Of a stretch of 64,000 nt of DNA, positions 24,577 through 36,200 are shown in pieces. Location of the stretch: positions 124,001-188,000 of the forward strand of contig JAQGDQ010000360.1 in the NCBI GenBank assembly GCA_030141605.1, written 5' to 3'. Each line of letters opens with the position of its first letter. Position 1 is the first letter of the stretch. The position numbers and the translations under genes are program-made. The notes under the pieces are model-generated. The model was not told the DNA's origin. It worked only from the letters and a program-made list of their open reading frames with translations, and ran no database searches. This stretch comes from Tubiluchus corallicola (lineage: Eukaryota > Animalia > Priapulida).

Positions 24577-24773
24577 GCAGGCAATTTAAAGGAAAAAACA
24601 ACTCACTTAACATTTTAGGTTTATTTTGCTGTTATCACTGAATATACAGAAAAATTGTGTTAAAAAACAAGACGGGTTTACATTTAAAATTTTAACAATA
24701 TTACAGCAGAAAACAATAGATTATTTTTCTCTTATCTAGAGTTATTGTTTTAATTATTTGTAATTTTCGTCTT

Positions 24774-25550
24774 TTAACTAGCGTGGCATTGGCAATGGTA
24801 GTTATTTTTCCCTCCAAACATTTTCTCTATGGCTTTGTCGCGCTGCTGTACTGTCTTCTGCATAATGAAAGACACGGCCAATGGAACAATTAACATGTAT
24901 GAAATGTGGCGAAACGCAGGATTCAAGTCTTTTGTTCCACCGAACATCCAATACACCGTTATTGCAATAATGTACAGTATAATGTACAGGTAAGAATTCC
25001 ACACGTGTCGAAACTTGCAGGGCAGTCCAGCCACTAACAGTTCTACACCAACACCCAGGAAACCAACGCTACTTAGACCGTAATATTCTGAAAAACAAAA
25101 CGACGCTAACATGGCGACGTTTAACAGAATAAATTGAGCTTTGTGATACCATTTGGAGCGCTCGTCTTTGGGGTACCCATAGTACCATTCTAATACGGAT
25201 GTTATTAGTGCCACGCTTATGCAAGAGAGACCATAAGTATACTCGGAAATACTGAACGATACACTCGTGGTGACGTTAAACAGAGCCCATTGGAGTTTGT
25301 GGTAGCCATTAGCTGGTTCATCTTTGGGGTTCTTGTTGCACCATTCTTTTATGGACGTTACTAACGCCACGTACATGTAAACGACCAGTAGAACTTCATG
25401 GTGTCGATCTGGTTCGTAAATAAGCCATAGAGGTGGCCAGCCATGGTCTTTGTCACCGAGCTTTTTAGCAAAAATGTAGATAATCAACCCTGCAAAGCTT
25501 AGAAACCGGACAAGACGAAATGTCACGTACAGGCATGGACGAACTGGCCA
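24774..25550 (-). CDS. rolling-stone (rost)-like multi-pass membrane protein, main exon
   Basis: WYHKAQFILLNV and ELLVAGLPCKFRHV..Y..VYWMFGGT resemble the rost family. The track's TTG start overlaps a polypyrimidine/CAG acceptor (25551-25560), so an unlocated upstream exon is likely. Confidence 0.6.
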   Translation of the reverse strand, partial: WPVRPCLYVTFRLVRFLSFAGLIIYIFAKKLGDKDHGWPPLWLIYEPDRHHEVLLVVYMYVALVTSIKEWCNKNPKDEPANGYHKLQWALFNVTTSVSFSISEYTYGLSCISVALITSVLEWYYGYPKDERSKWYHKAQFILLNVAMLASFCFSEYYGLSSVGFLGVGVELLVAGLPCKFRHVWNSYLYIILYIIAITVYWMFGGTKDLNPAFRHISYMLIVPLAVSFIMQKTVQQRDKAIEKMFGGKNNYHCQCHAS

Positions 25551-26530
25551 CTGAAAAAAAATCAATAATATAATTCTGTATCATTTTGAATACGTGGATT
25601 GTTTAAGACGTTTTGAAAAACTTAATAATTCATTATAACAAAGTAGATGAACATTTAAGGTTTAAATTTAAGGCAAATAAAATTTATTCTTTTCCAGAAC
25701 TTTTTAAATTAGATTTCTCATTTTTAACATTAATATTAGTGACCTTTTATCTGCTTTAAGTAGTTCATATTTTAAAATAATTATAAATTAAAATTGTGCC
25801 TTACTATAACTTAAGCGTCCGAAAGTTTAATTAATTTAACATATAAACACCCTAAGATTCATCTATGCTTTTATAATTTGTGTATTTTAGTGTTTTTGCT
25901 TAATTCTGTTTCGTTTTTCGTTGTAAAGACGTTCCTTTAAACAGCCTAATTTAGTAGTTTTGCATAATTTTGTTAAACTTATACTTTCTAATTTAAGTTT
26001 CTAATTTTACCAAGTGCTTTACGATTTGTATGACTCAGTGCTTTTGTCTATTTTTTAGTTTTGCTTAATATTAATGTAGTGTGTTCTGTTTTACATTTTA
26101 ACTGCAATTGACATGCCATGGATCATTATAGAAATATTGTGTGTACAATTTAAAGTGCTGCACGTAAAAAATAAAATACTATTCCGTTCTATTATATTTT
26201 GCCCGAAAAGAGAACAGTTTAGTAGAAACATATTAAAGAACGGGTTTTGTTTAAACTGTTCAAGATCGCCAAGATTACTACATCTAGGAAGTTTCCCATT
26301 ACATGTTAATCTAACGTAATGATTGGAAACTGGATGAATTTTATATAAACTCTTCTAATCATCAATCTTTAGAGAGAAAAATTGGAAACGTGAAACTTGA
26401 TAATGATAATTTATTTGTAAACTGCATTAATCGACAATTATTGCCATCAGATGGCGCTATGAAGCAGGCTTACGATAAAAATAACTGCAATAAAATATAA
26501 GCATTCAATAAGAATTCACAAGGTAATTAA

Positions 26531-26989
26531 CCCTTTCAGTCCCAAATTATTTTTTTAATAAGAAAAAAAATTTTAGGTTGGTACTTTTGTTCAGTATGTC
26601 CATCTTGTTTACACATAATAATTATTTTTTATACCTGTGCCCGCGTGCTAAATATAGCCTGTATCCCACGGCATACATTGGGATTCAATGGAAGCATCAG
26701 ATTTGCTTCATTTTGCAACTGCTGATAATTTTTTAAAGTATTTAAGACATTTAGTATGCATGTAATGCTGATCTGTGCAAAGTCATCTCTAAAGTACTGT
26801 ACCTTTCGCAGTTTTTTATGCTATGTAGATTTTTTAGTTTGCCATTTTATCACCATTTTTAGTCTAATGTTATTGGCTTAAATTAAAATAACTATTAACA
26901 GATCAAATAACTGTCAGTTTTAAAATTTTATTAATTTTAAAGGCAGAAAATATTCTCGTATCCCATGGGATACAACGGGTATGAAAGGG
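26531..26989. mobile_element. piggyBac-like MITE, copy 2 (inverted relative to 34-429)
   Basis: TTAA|CCCTTTCAG...ATGAAAGGG|TTGA; the body is the reverse complement of 34-429. Confidence 0.85.
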
Positions 26990-26999
26990 TTGATGAAAC

Positions 27000-27960
27000 G
27001 ATATAGTAAGAAACAGGTTTTAAGACTCATTTTAAAACGGTTAAAATAAGTAACAGAACGGCATGTTAAACGCAAGTTTGTTCACGTGGAGCTGCACTGG
27101 CAAAAGCACCTTCACCGTACCGAATGCTAATTCCTCTACGATCAGTGACAGCTAGTGTAAAACTGGCCTAGAAGCCCAAGGAACGTCTAGGACAGTGGCG
27201 GGTTGTGTATTGGCATTGTGGAACTGCAGCACTCCCTATTTTCACTCAATATTATCGATAATATCCAATATAATAAGTCTTTTTGCTTTAGTTCTTTCTT
27301 TATACTTGTACGGAACAAGGCTACATGAGGGAGGGTAGTACTGTTTGATTCACAGCCCAGCACAGTGCGCTCGCAGCTCAAGAAAAGTGGTGTTTGGTTA
27401 TTGTGCGCATGCGCCCATGTGCATATGTCTGAAATAAGATGCTGCACTTTAGGTAGAAAAAGTACTGTCACTCACACAGTGTGTGCTGACAGTTGTCACA
27501 TGCTTAAAAACCGTGTACCGGCAGATTCTTGAACTGCGACAATTTAGACTCTTCGTAAGCAAATAATTTTTTGTTTAGGATTTTGTCATGTTTATGTATA
27601 AATTTTCGAATTTTTGTTTGTTTAAAATTACAATTACAAATTACAAGATTAAAATTACATATGTTTGTTTTGTTTTATACAGTATTAAAACAATGGGTAA
27701 AAATTTGCTAAGGCAGCACCCCCACTAATTTTATCTACGAGCCGCCACTGACCTAGGAAGATAAAAATTGACTAATAAAAATCAGCCAGATAAGATAGAC
27801 CCAGGCCGTACAAAGATTTAAAATTATCCAGCAATCATTTAAAACTAATACGTTGTTTGGAAGGCAGCCAGTGCAGCTCCATTAGGATTGGATCTACATG
27901 ATCAAAACATCTGCTTTTAGTAACAACTCTACCAACAGTATCTTGAATACGTTGTTTTCT
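27000..27960 (-). mobile_element. L2/CR1-like LINE ORF2 3' fragment interrupted by a MITE
   Basis: RVVTKSRCFDHVDPILMELHWLPSKQRISFK (27835-27960) and a YGEGAFASAAP...FKMSLKT remnant (~27015-27120). Confidence 0.65.
27193..27750. mobile_element. hAT-like MITE nested in the L2 fragment
   Basis: TIR CAGTGGCGG...CCGCCACTG; imperfect 8-bp TSD GTCTAGGA/ACCTAGGA. Confidence 0.65.
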
Positions 27961-28869
27961 TACCGCACTTTGTCCGAATGCTATCTGACTCGGATAATTT
28001 AAATCGGAGGGGCCACACTTGCACTTCTCACAACATCCGTGATGGTGAGGTCTAGGACCCTTTCTCGCATAACCCATTGCCGAATTTCTACAGAAGACTT
28101 TACAGCAGTGCAACTGTCTCGTTCATTTGTCTTTAGAAGTTCACACATTTGAAGATGAATGTTGGTTAGATCGTGAGGTCTTCTGAAGAATCGTTCAAAA
28201 GTAATTATTGATCGCCATACTGCATTCAAAACGAAATTTCGCTTTTGCTTCTAACAAGTTAGTTTGCACTAACCTGATGTAGTTAGAAAATCCATGACAC
28301 GTGCTGTTTGACATCGGTTTGTAATTTGTGCAGCCAAAAACAGTGCATTTTGGAGGGGAACGAACATTTACTTTTCCCCTTACTGCACGGCCACGAAGCA
28401 AAGACCACAAGGCGTTGTCAACGGAATCACAAATGATGACGTCAGTTGCTTCAGGCGCCAAGGAGATTCATGTTTTGCGTAGAAACAGGTGATGTGGCCA
28501 TTTTTTAAAAGACAAGCAAAAGAAGAACTTATTATTGCAAGAGATGTTAATCGGTTTTGAAAAAAGTGCAAGTACATGGGCACTTTTCAAAACACAGAAG
28601 ATGATATTAAAAGTAGAAAGCAACAAGTAATGCGTTGCTTTTCTTCAACAAGAAAAAGTATTAATTAGCTACACATTGAGTCTTAACACGGGATTTTGTT
28701 TATTTAATGCTTACGTTACCAGCGTATTTATGTAAAACAGTGAAACTTGGGGTTTAGCGATTACTCAAGAAAAGCGGATTGACACATTTCATAGAAGTCT
28801 TTTAAAGAAAGTTTTTAAGATAAGATGGCCATACATAATCAAAAATGAAGATTTATACAGTATAGTGGA

Positions 28870-29180
28870 TGAAATTTATTGGAGTTCAAAAGTCAAGATC
28901 CGAAGATTAAGATGCTAGGATAACCTAAGATTAACACGTAAAGCACCAGTAAGAATCGCCTTAAAATCTTGCAAAAATCACCTGACTAACCAAAAACAAC
29001 TTCGATAGCTAAGATAAATAAAGATGTTCAACAACTTCAATCAAATCTATCTTTAGGAGACTAGGAGTAGAAGAACTTACACTGTAGATAGAAGTGGGTG
29101 GAATACTTTAATAAATGTTGATACCTCAATGCCTACAAAAGGTAGAATGAGACCTTGCAGAAGAAAAAGAAGAAGAAGAA
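28870..29180 (+). mobile_element. RTE-like LINE 3' end with (GAA)n tail
   Basis: Degenerate WSSKVKIRRLR.LG..RL...PVRIAL...PKTT coding remnant followed by GAAGAAAAAGAAGAAGAAGAA. Confidence 0.6.
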
Positions 29181-29554
29181 TTGAGTAAATTCAAGCAAAC
29201 AAATCCCAATAATATTTTAATTTGATTGCTTTTGTGACAACTATTTTATATAGTATTATACTTTATGCATTTTTAACCTTTTTAACGTTTAGCAGTTTTG
29301 ACGTTCTTTTAACGTGGTGCACTAATGCGATCTTTGACTACATTGACAGCAACAATGACGACAATAATAAACAACAATTATGGTAGTAGCCATTTTTAAC
29401 AGTTTACACAGAACGTGGAGAAAGCGTAACAGCACAACTTGCTTCTTTTACAAAAAAAGTAAAAAGTCAAAATTTAATTTACAAATAATCATAAATTCAC
29501 AAATAACATCACATAATCAAATAACACAAACATGAACGTCTTCGCTTTTTCCTG

Positions 29555-29616
29555 CTAGGAAACATTCGTTTGGAGGTGAAATCCTTCTTTACAAAGTTCT
29601 TCCAGCACTTTACAGC
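29555..29616 (-). pseudogene. orphan diverged TTLL4-like terminal exon
   Basis: tttctag|GC TGT AAA GTG CTG GAA GAA CTT TGT AAA GAA GGA TTT CAC CTC CAA ACG AAT GTT TCC TAG = (G)CKVLEELCKEGFHLQTNVS*. Same 62-nt length and phase as exon 14 of copies 1 and 2. Confidence 0.75.
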
Positions 29617-29735
29617 CTAGAAACAATAATGCATTAAATCTTGCATTAAATTTTAATCAGTGTTTCCACATAAGTGTTTACTATAAGTCTAAAAAGTGGC
29701 GTAGTTAAAAGGGGAGCAAGGCGGGGCAACCGCCC

Positions 29736-30058
29736 TGTCAAGGATTTTTGTTTGTCAAATTTGTACATGTGGTGACGTGTCTGTGTGAGCTCATGATTTG
29801 ATGCCAACGATGTACGTAAATTTTATTTAGTTATTTATTCTATTTACTGTAAGCTTCTCATTAATTTAATCATATTCGATGTTTTGGTAGAAATGAATCA
29901 GTTTATTCAAGAAATTTATATCTTATTTCAGATAAAATGTAATATTTTGGGATGAAGCAAATGACTACGGGGCATGTGCCATGAAAATGGTACAAACAAT
30001 AAACAGTTATACTGAGCAAATGATGACTTTGTTTGTTTGTCTCCGTAAAGCCCAAACA
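29736..30058 (+). repeat. BEL 5' LTR (323 bp)
   Basis: TGTCAAGG...CCCAAACA; near-identical to the 3' LTR except that it lacks an 83-bp block. Confidence 0.92.
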
Positions 30059-30206
30059 ATTTTATATCGGCATTCGACAATCCAGAGTGGACATTTTTAT
30101 ACAGTCAACATATGACCCAGATTGTGACCTACTGTTTCGCGTACATAGATTGACTTTTGTAGACAGGAGAAGTTATTTGGTCATGTTTAAAGTTGAACAC
30201 ACCTAA

Positions 30207-33200
30207 ATGATGTCGGACCAAACAACAAGGGAGAAATTAAAAAATACGACCCGTGATCAGCTGCGAGAAATGCTGCGGGCCAAACAACTGTCAGTTTCTG
30301 GTAGTAAAGAAGAGCTAATTCACAGACTCTTAGCAAGTCAGCAGAAACCAGATCATTCATATAATGTGACGTCATGTGAAGCGTCTGGTACGTCGTCGTA
30401 TGCTGACGCAGCTACAGCGACAGCGCAGCATCAAGTTGGTGAGCGCAGCCCTTCCAAAGCATCTTCAGGTGCTAGTTATTCGAAATCTACGAGACGTTCG
30501 AAGAAAAGTGCCAGGGAATTAAAGTTGCATGAGATTAAGATTCAGGAACAGGGGCTGAAATTAAAAGCAATGAAGTTAAAACAGTTAAGACTTGAGAGTG
30601 AAGTTACTTCACATAGCAGTGCAACCAGTCAGAAGTCGCGTACAACCATCACCTCGCCTGAAATCAAGGACGAGACTTTAGCTAGGAAACCCATGTCAAC
30701 CAAGGACAAGGTTACCGATTGGCTTCAAGGAGTGCGTGACGTCACCAAAGCCCAGTCATCAGACACCAAGCCTGCAGTTCTCACCATGGCAACGAACGAC
30801 AGTTATGCTAAGGGAGCTCTTGTCTTGGCACACAGTTTGCGTCGAACTGGTACAATTCGACATCTAGCAATTTTGGTCACCCATACTGTTTCTAGCAGAG
30901 TTATGGCAGAGCTTAGTATTGTTTTTGATTATGTACAAATGATTGATTTATTAAAGAGTAGTGATTTTGATAACTTGCATTTGCTAGGTAGGCCAGAGCT
31001 AAATGTAACATTCTCGAAATTGCACTGCTGGGCTATGACACAGTTTACTAAATGCGTTTACTTAGATGCTGATACTTTAGTATTAGAAAATATTGATGAG
31101 TTATTCAATTATAATGAGCTTGCAGCTGCCCCAGATGTGGGGTGGCCTGATTGTTTCAATTCTGGAATGTTTGTATTTCAGCCAAGTTTGGAAACTTACA
31201 GTAGATTGTTGTCACTGTCACAAACTGAAGCCTGTTCATTCGATGGAGGTGATCAGGGTTTATTAAATTTAACCTTTCCGAACTGGAGTTTACAGTTTGA
31301 CAAGCGCCTACCTTTTGTGTATAATGCTGCCGTCCAAGGTCGTTACGGTTACCTTCCTGCAATGAAGCAGTTCAGTAGCAAGATTAAAGTTGCGCACTTT
31401 TTAGGCCGAAAGAAGCCCTGGGATTATAATGAATATGAAAACGGGGAGATCTCCGTCAATTTCTCGGATGACTATGAAGCAGGTTTTCTTCGTAGATGGT
31501 GGGATATCTATTTGTCTGATGTACAGCCCTTCTTCGAAAATTTTCCCAGTGAAGGTTTAGAACCTAGCGTTAAACAAACTACGCCGTTCTTCCATGCCCC
31601 TCAGGTAGAACAAACTTTAAATATTTCTGCACGTGACTTCGTCCCAGGGAATACGCAACTTCCGCTTCCGGCTACATCGCCTCAGGCTTCTTATGGTAAC
31701 GGGATACAAAATAATTCTAGGAATTTCTCCGGTAGGGCTAGTCAGAATGACATGAACGTTTTTATGGACCTCATGTTAGAAGGCCAAAGACAACACTTAA
31801 ATATGTACAATGCTATGCAGCTTCCACACGTGCAGCTTGAAACGTTTGATGGTGACGTAATGAAGTTCTGGAGCTTTATCAAGCGTTTCGAAGCCAGCGT
31901 GGAGAACTATACCCAAGATGATGCAGCGAGGTACACTAGGTTAGCCCAACTCTGCATTGGTAAAGCTAAAAGAGTTGTTGACAGTTGTAATTACATGGAC
32001 CCCCGTTTTGCATATGGGCATGCTAAACAGCTTTTAACCGAAAGATTCGGCTCGCCATGTGTTGTCACGCAGGCCTGGCTTTCCAGAATTGCTGAATTTG
32101 AGCCCAGAAAAACAAATGAGCCGGGAAAGTTACAGGAATTTTCTGATTTGATTGTGGCTTGTGTGGAAACTTTGAAAATAATGAACAACGTTTGCGAAAT
32201 TAGTACTCAATGCAGTTTGCTACAAATAATTAAAAAACTCCCATTCAAGTTCCAGGATAGGTGGAAGGATGTTGAAGCCAGGCTTCTGAAATATGAGCTC
32301 AGGAATCCGACGATATTTGATGTAGTCGAATTCATTAAGGACGCAGCTGACAAAATGAATCATCCTGTTTTTGGCGACATTAACGTTAGCCTGCCTACCA
32401 GGAGCCCAAAAGGTAAACGCGACACCAAAGCCAGGAATTTCGCCAGCTCAGCGCAGGAAACTGCGTCAATTACGAAATGCAACAGTGAACGACAACCCGG
32501 AAATACAACCGGAAGTGGTAGCAAAATGGCTTCTCAACGCCTAAAGATGCCTTGTTTTCTATGTGACTCTACGGAGCACCGTTCACTCAAGCTATGCAAT
32601 AAATTTAAGTCAATGAATGATACTGATAGATTGAAAATCGCCAGAAGAGAAGGTCTTTGCTTCAATTGTTTGATTAAAGGAAAGCACAGGGCTTCTCGGT
32701 GCTTCAAAGCAGGATGCGACGTAGAAGGTTGCAGTCATAAGCATTCAAATTTACTGCATGCTGCCTTGGAGAAAATGTCACCTTCTAAAAACAATGATGG
32801 AAGCAAGGAGAAAAAAGCGCCAACACATTGCAAACCAGAGGCTTCTAGCAGTTGTGCTAGTATTAAGGAAGGCGGCAAAGCGGCTCTCCCTGTTGTCTCA
32901 GTTTTGGTTGAAGTTGATGGGAAGATGCCCGTGCGTACTTTAGCCCTACTTGACCCTGGTTCGACTAATACTTTTTGTACAAAGGCATTGTTCGACAAAC
33001 TTGGGGCTACTGGACAAGAACGAACGCTCTCTTTAACCACTATAGAAGAGAAATATTCCAAGATAAACACTTTAATCACGAAGATGTCTGTTACTGGGGT
33101 AAACACTGGCAATAAAATAGCTTTGCCTCATGTCTTCGTTAGGCCTGCATTGTTACTGGAAAAGGACTGCTTGGCCTTTAGCAAGGATGTAGAACAATGG

Positions 33201-36200
33201 CCGCATTTGCAAGGACTTCCCCTATCGTTCACAGATACAGAAGACCTAACTGAACTGGGACTTTTGATCGGCCAGGATGTTCCTGATGCGCTGATTCCTC
33301 TTGAGGTACGAACAGGTCCTAGACTAACGCCATATGCTGTGAAGACAAAGCTAGGCTGGACCCTTAATGGACCCATAGGAGGCGGCGTTCCTAATTTAGG
33401 GCGCATTTGTAGTAATTTGACCCAAGCCAATGCATTGTCATATGGAGAAACCAATTCCTTGCAGCAGCAAATAGAACAATTCTGGAAAATTGAAACTAGC
33501 GAGTCTGACAGACACTTCTCTAGAGACGATATGCGTGCTCTCGATATATGGGAGGCTTCAATCACAAAAACACATGGGCATTACCAGTTGGACACCCCAT
33601 TTAAATCTGAGAATGATGTGTTACCATATACGCTACAAATGGCTTCATCTAGATTGGAAAGCCTACGTAAACGGCTGCAGAGGAACCCAGAATTGCACAA
33701 CCGATACACTACAGCTATAAATGACCTATTCAAGAAAGGATATGCAGAAGAGGTCGATGAAGATGATGACCCTACTTCCAGGAAATGGTTTCTTCCCCAT
33801 TTTCCGGTGTTTAATGCCAATAAACCGGAGAAAACTCGCATCGTCTTCGATGCAGCAGCGGAAACAAGTGAAATATCTCTAAATAAATTAGCATTGCAAG
33901 GGCCAGATCTCACAAACACGTGCATTGGAGTTTTGCTTCGGTTTCGAGAGAATCCTATTGCAGTAATGGCGGATATCCGGGAGATGTTCCACCAGGTGAT
34001 CGTGTCTCCTAAACACAGAAATATGTCGCGTTTCCTTTGGTGGAAAGATGGAAAACTTAACAGTCAACCATGCACTTTTAGAATGTGTGTTCACTTGTTC
34101 GGCGGGGTGTGGTCCCCGAGCGTTGCATCATTTGCTTTGCAAAGGACTGCAAAAGACAATGCGGATTTGTTTCCCGCAAATGTTGTCGCTACCATTTTGA
34201 GAAACTTCTATGTGGACGACCTTTTAAAATCGCTAAACACCGTGAATGAAGCCATACAGCTAGTTTCTCAACTGACTGCCGTATTGTCTCTTGGTGGATT
34301 CCACATAACTAAGTGGATGAGCAACAGACGTGAGGTCTTGGCATCTGTGCCTGCTGAAGAACTTGGAAGTGAAGTCAAGAATCTTGACTTAGCTCAGAGC
34401 CCTCTGCCAACTGATCGCGTACTGGGAGTTAAATGGCTAGTTGAGGAAGATTGCCTTGGAATTTTGGTTTCACTCAAAGACAAGCCCAGTACAAAACGAG
34501 GAATGTTAAGCTGCATTTCGTCAGTCTATGACCCATTAGGAATGATCTGTCCATTCGTTCTGCAGGCCAAAAAACTCTTCCAAGATGAATGTAGAATTCA
34601 GAAAAAGGATTGGGATGACGCTCTAGAACGAGATACAGAAGCCAAGTGGGCAAAGTGGAAAGGAGATTGTTTCGCACTAGAAAACTTCAAGTTGGAGAGA
34701 TGCATGAAGCCTCGTGATTTTGGCCTGATTTTCCATTTACAGTTGCATCATTTCTGCGATGCTTCGAGCTATGCCTATGGTACTGTCAGTTATGTACGTA
34801 TGAAGAGTGCTCAAGGTGAAATTCACACAGCATTCCTCATGGCTAAATCAAGACTTGCCCCACTTAAAGGTCTTACAATACCACGTCTTGAACTCTGCGC
34901 TGCAGTTTTAGCCTCAAAAGTTGATCAAATGCTAAGGGAAGAGCTATCCTTTTGTGTTGGTACAGATCAGTCAGTCTTCTGGACTGATAGTCAGATAGTT
35001 ATTCATTACATTCGGAACACAGCAAAGCGGTTTCATACATTCGTCCAAAACCGTGTCAACTCAATCTTGCAAGTCTCTTCACCAACTCAATGGCGGTTTG
35101 TTAGCTCAACAGACAACTGTGCTGATGATGCGTCCCGAGGCATGAGCGCTGAAGAATTGCTACTTTCCAATAGATGGAAGTTTGGTCCATCTTTCTTAAG
35201 AAAAGATGAAGCTTCGTGGCCGCAGACTACTTTAGATTCGGATGATGTACTAGCTAATGACAAAGAAGTAAAGCGGTCCGCCACTGTGAACGTCGTAGAA
35301 TGCAAAGCAACTTCAAATAATGTCATAGATCAATTGTTGCAGTATTACTCATCCTTTTACAGGCTAAAAAGAGGTTTAGCCTGGTTATTTCGAGCCAAAA
35401 CAATATTGCACAGGAAAGCTTCTGGCGGAAGTGATATGGATTGTTCCACAAATCTAACTCTGACTGAATTAACTGAGGCCCAGAATGAGCTGATCAGGCA
35501 CACACAGAAGCAAAGTTTCAACAAAGAATATAAGACGATGTGTTCCCGTACCAAATCTACATGCCGAGAACGCTCTGTAACCAAATCATCCTGCCTGTAT
35601 AAGCTGGATCCCTTTATTGACAAAGAGGGATATTTGCGTGTCGGCAGTCGCCTGCAAGATGCTCTAGTAGATCATGAAGCTCGTCATCCTATTATTCTTC
35701 CCAAAAATCATAGACTCTCTTGGCTTGTCATACAGCACTTCCACGAGACAAATGGACATACAGGAAGAGAACATGTCATGGCTTCAGTCCGTAGAGCGTT
35801 CTGGATAATTGGTATGCGAGTCATGGTGCGGAAAGTAATCCATGAATGCAGACAATGTAGGCTGCGTTACTCTCAACCATTGCAACAAAAAATGGCCAAC
35901 TTGCCTCCTGAGAGAGTTCAACAAGGCTCCTTCTCTGCGGTTGGCGTGGACTGCTTTGGACCAATTTTGGTCAAACGCGGTAGAATCGAGGTGAAGCGTT
36001 ATAGGGCACTCTTTACTTGTTTAGCCACACGAAGCATCCACTTGGAGGTACTCTTCTCGATGTCTACAGATTCCTTCATTAAAGCACTCCATAGATTTTG
36101 TAGCAGAAGAGGCAAACCTAACAGAATTAGGTCCGACTGCGGCACTAATTTTATAGGTGCCAACAAGGAACTTTCCAAGGCTATGAAAGAGTGGAATCAC

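Noticed and set aside
28000-28461. THAP-domain gene or transposase (PPKCTVFGCTN...)
   Set aside because: Only the first C-x4-C resembles THAP; the downstream W and CS.HF motifs could not be recovered in frame. At most a decayed remnant.
30774-31530. Host glycogenin gene accidentally merged with a transposon by ORF calling
   Set aside because: The domain is intronless, lies inside the LTR pair and TSD, and is in frame with both the upstream SAP and downstream Gag sequence.
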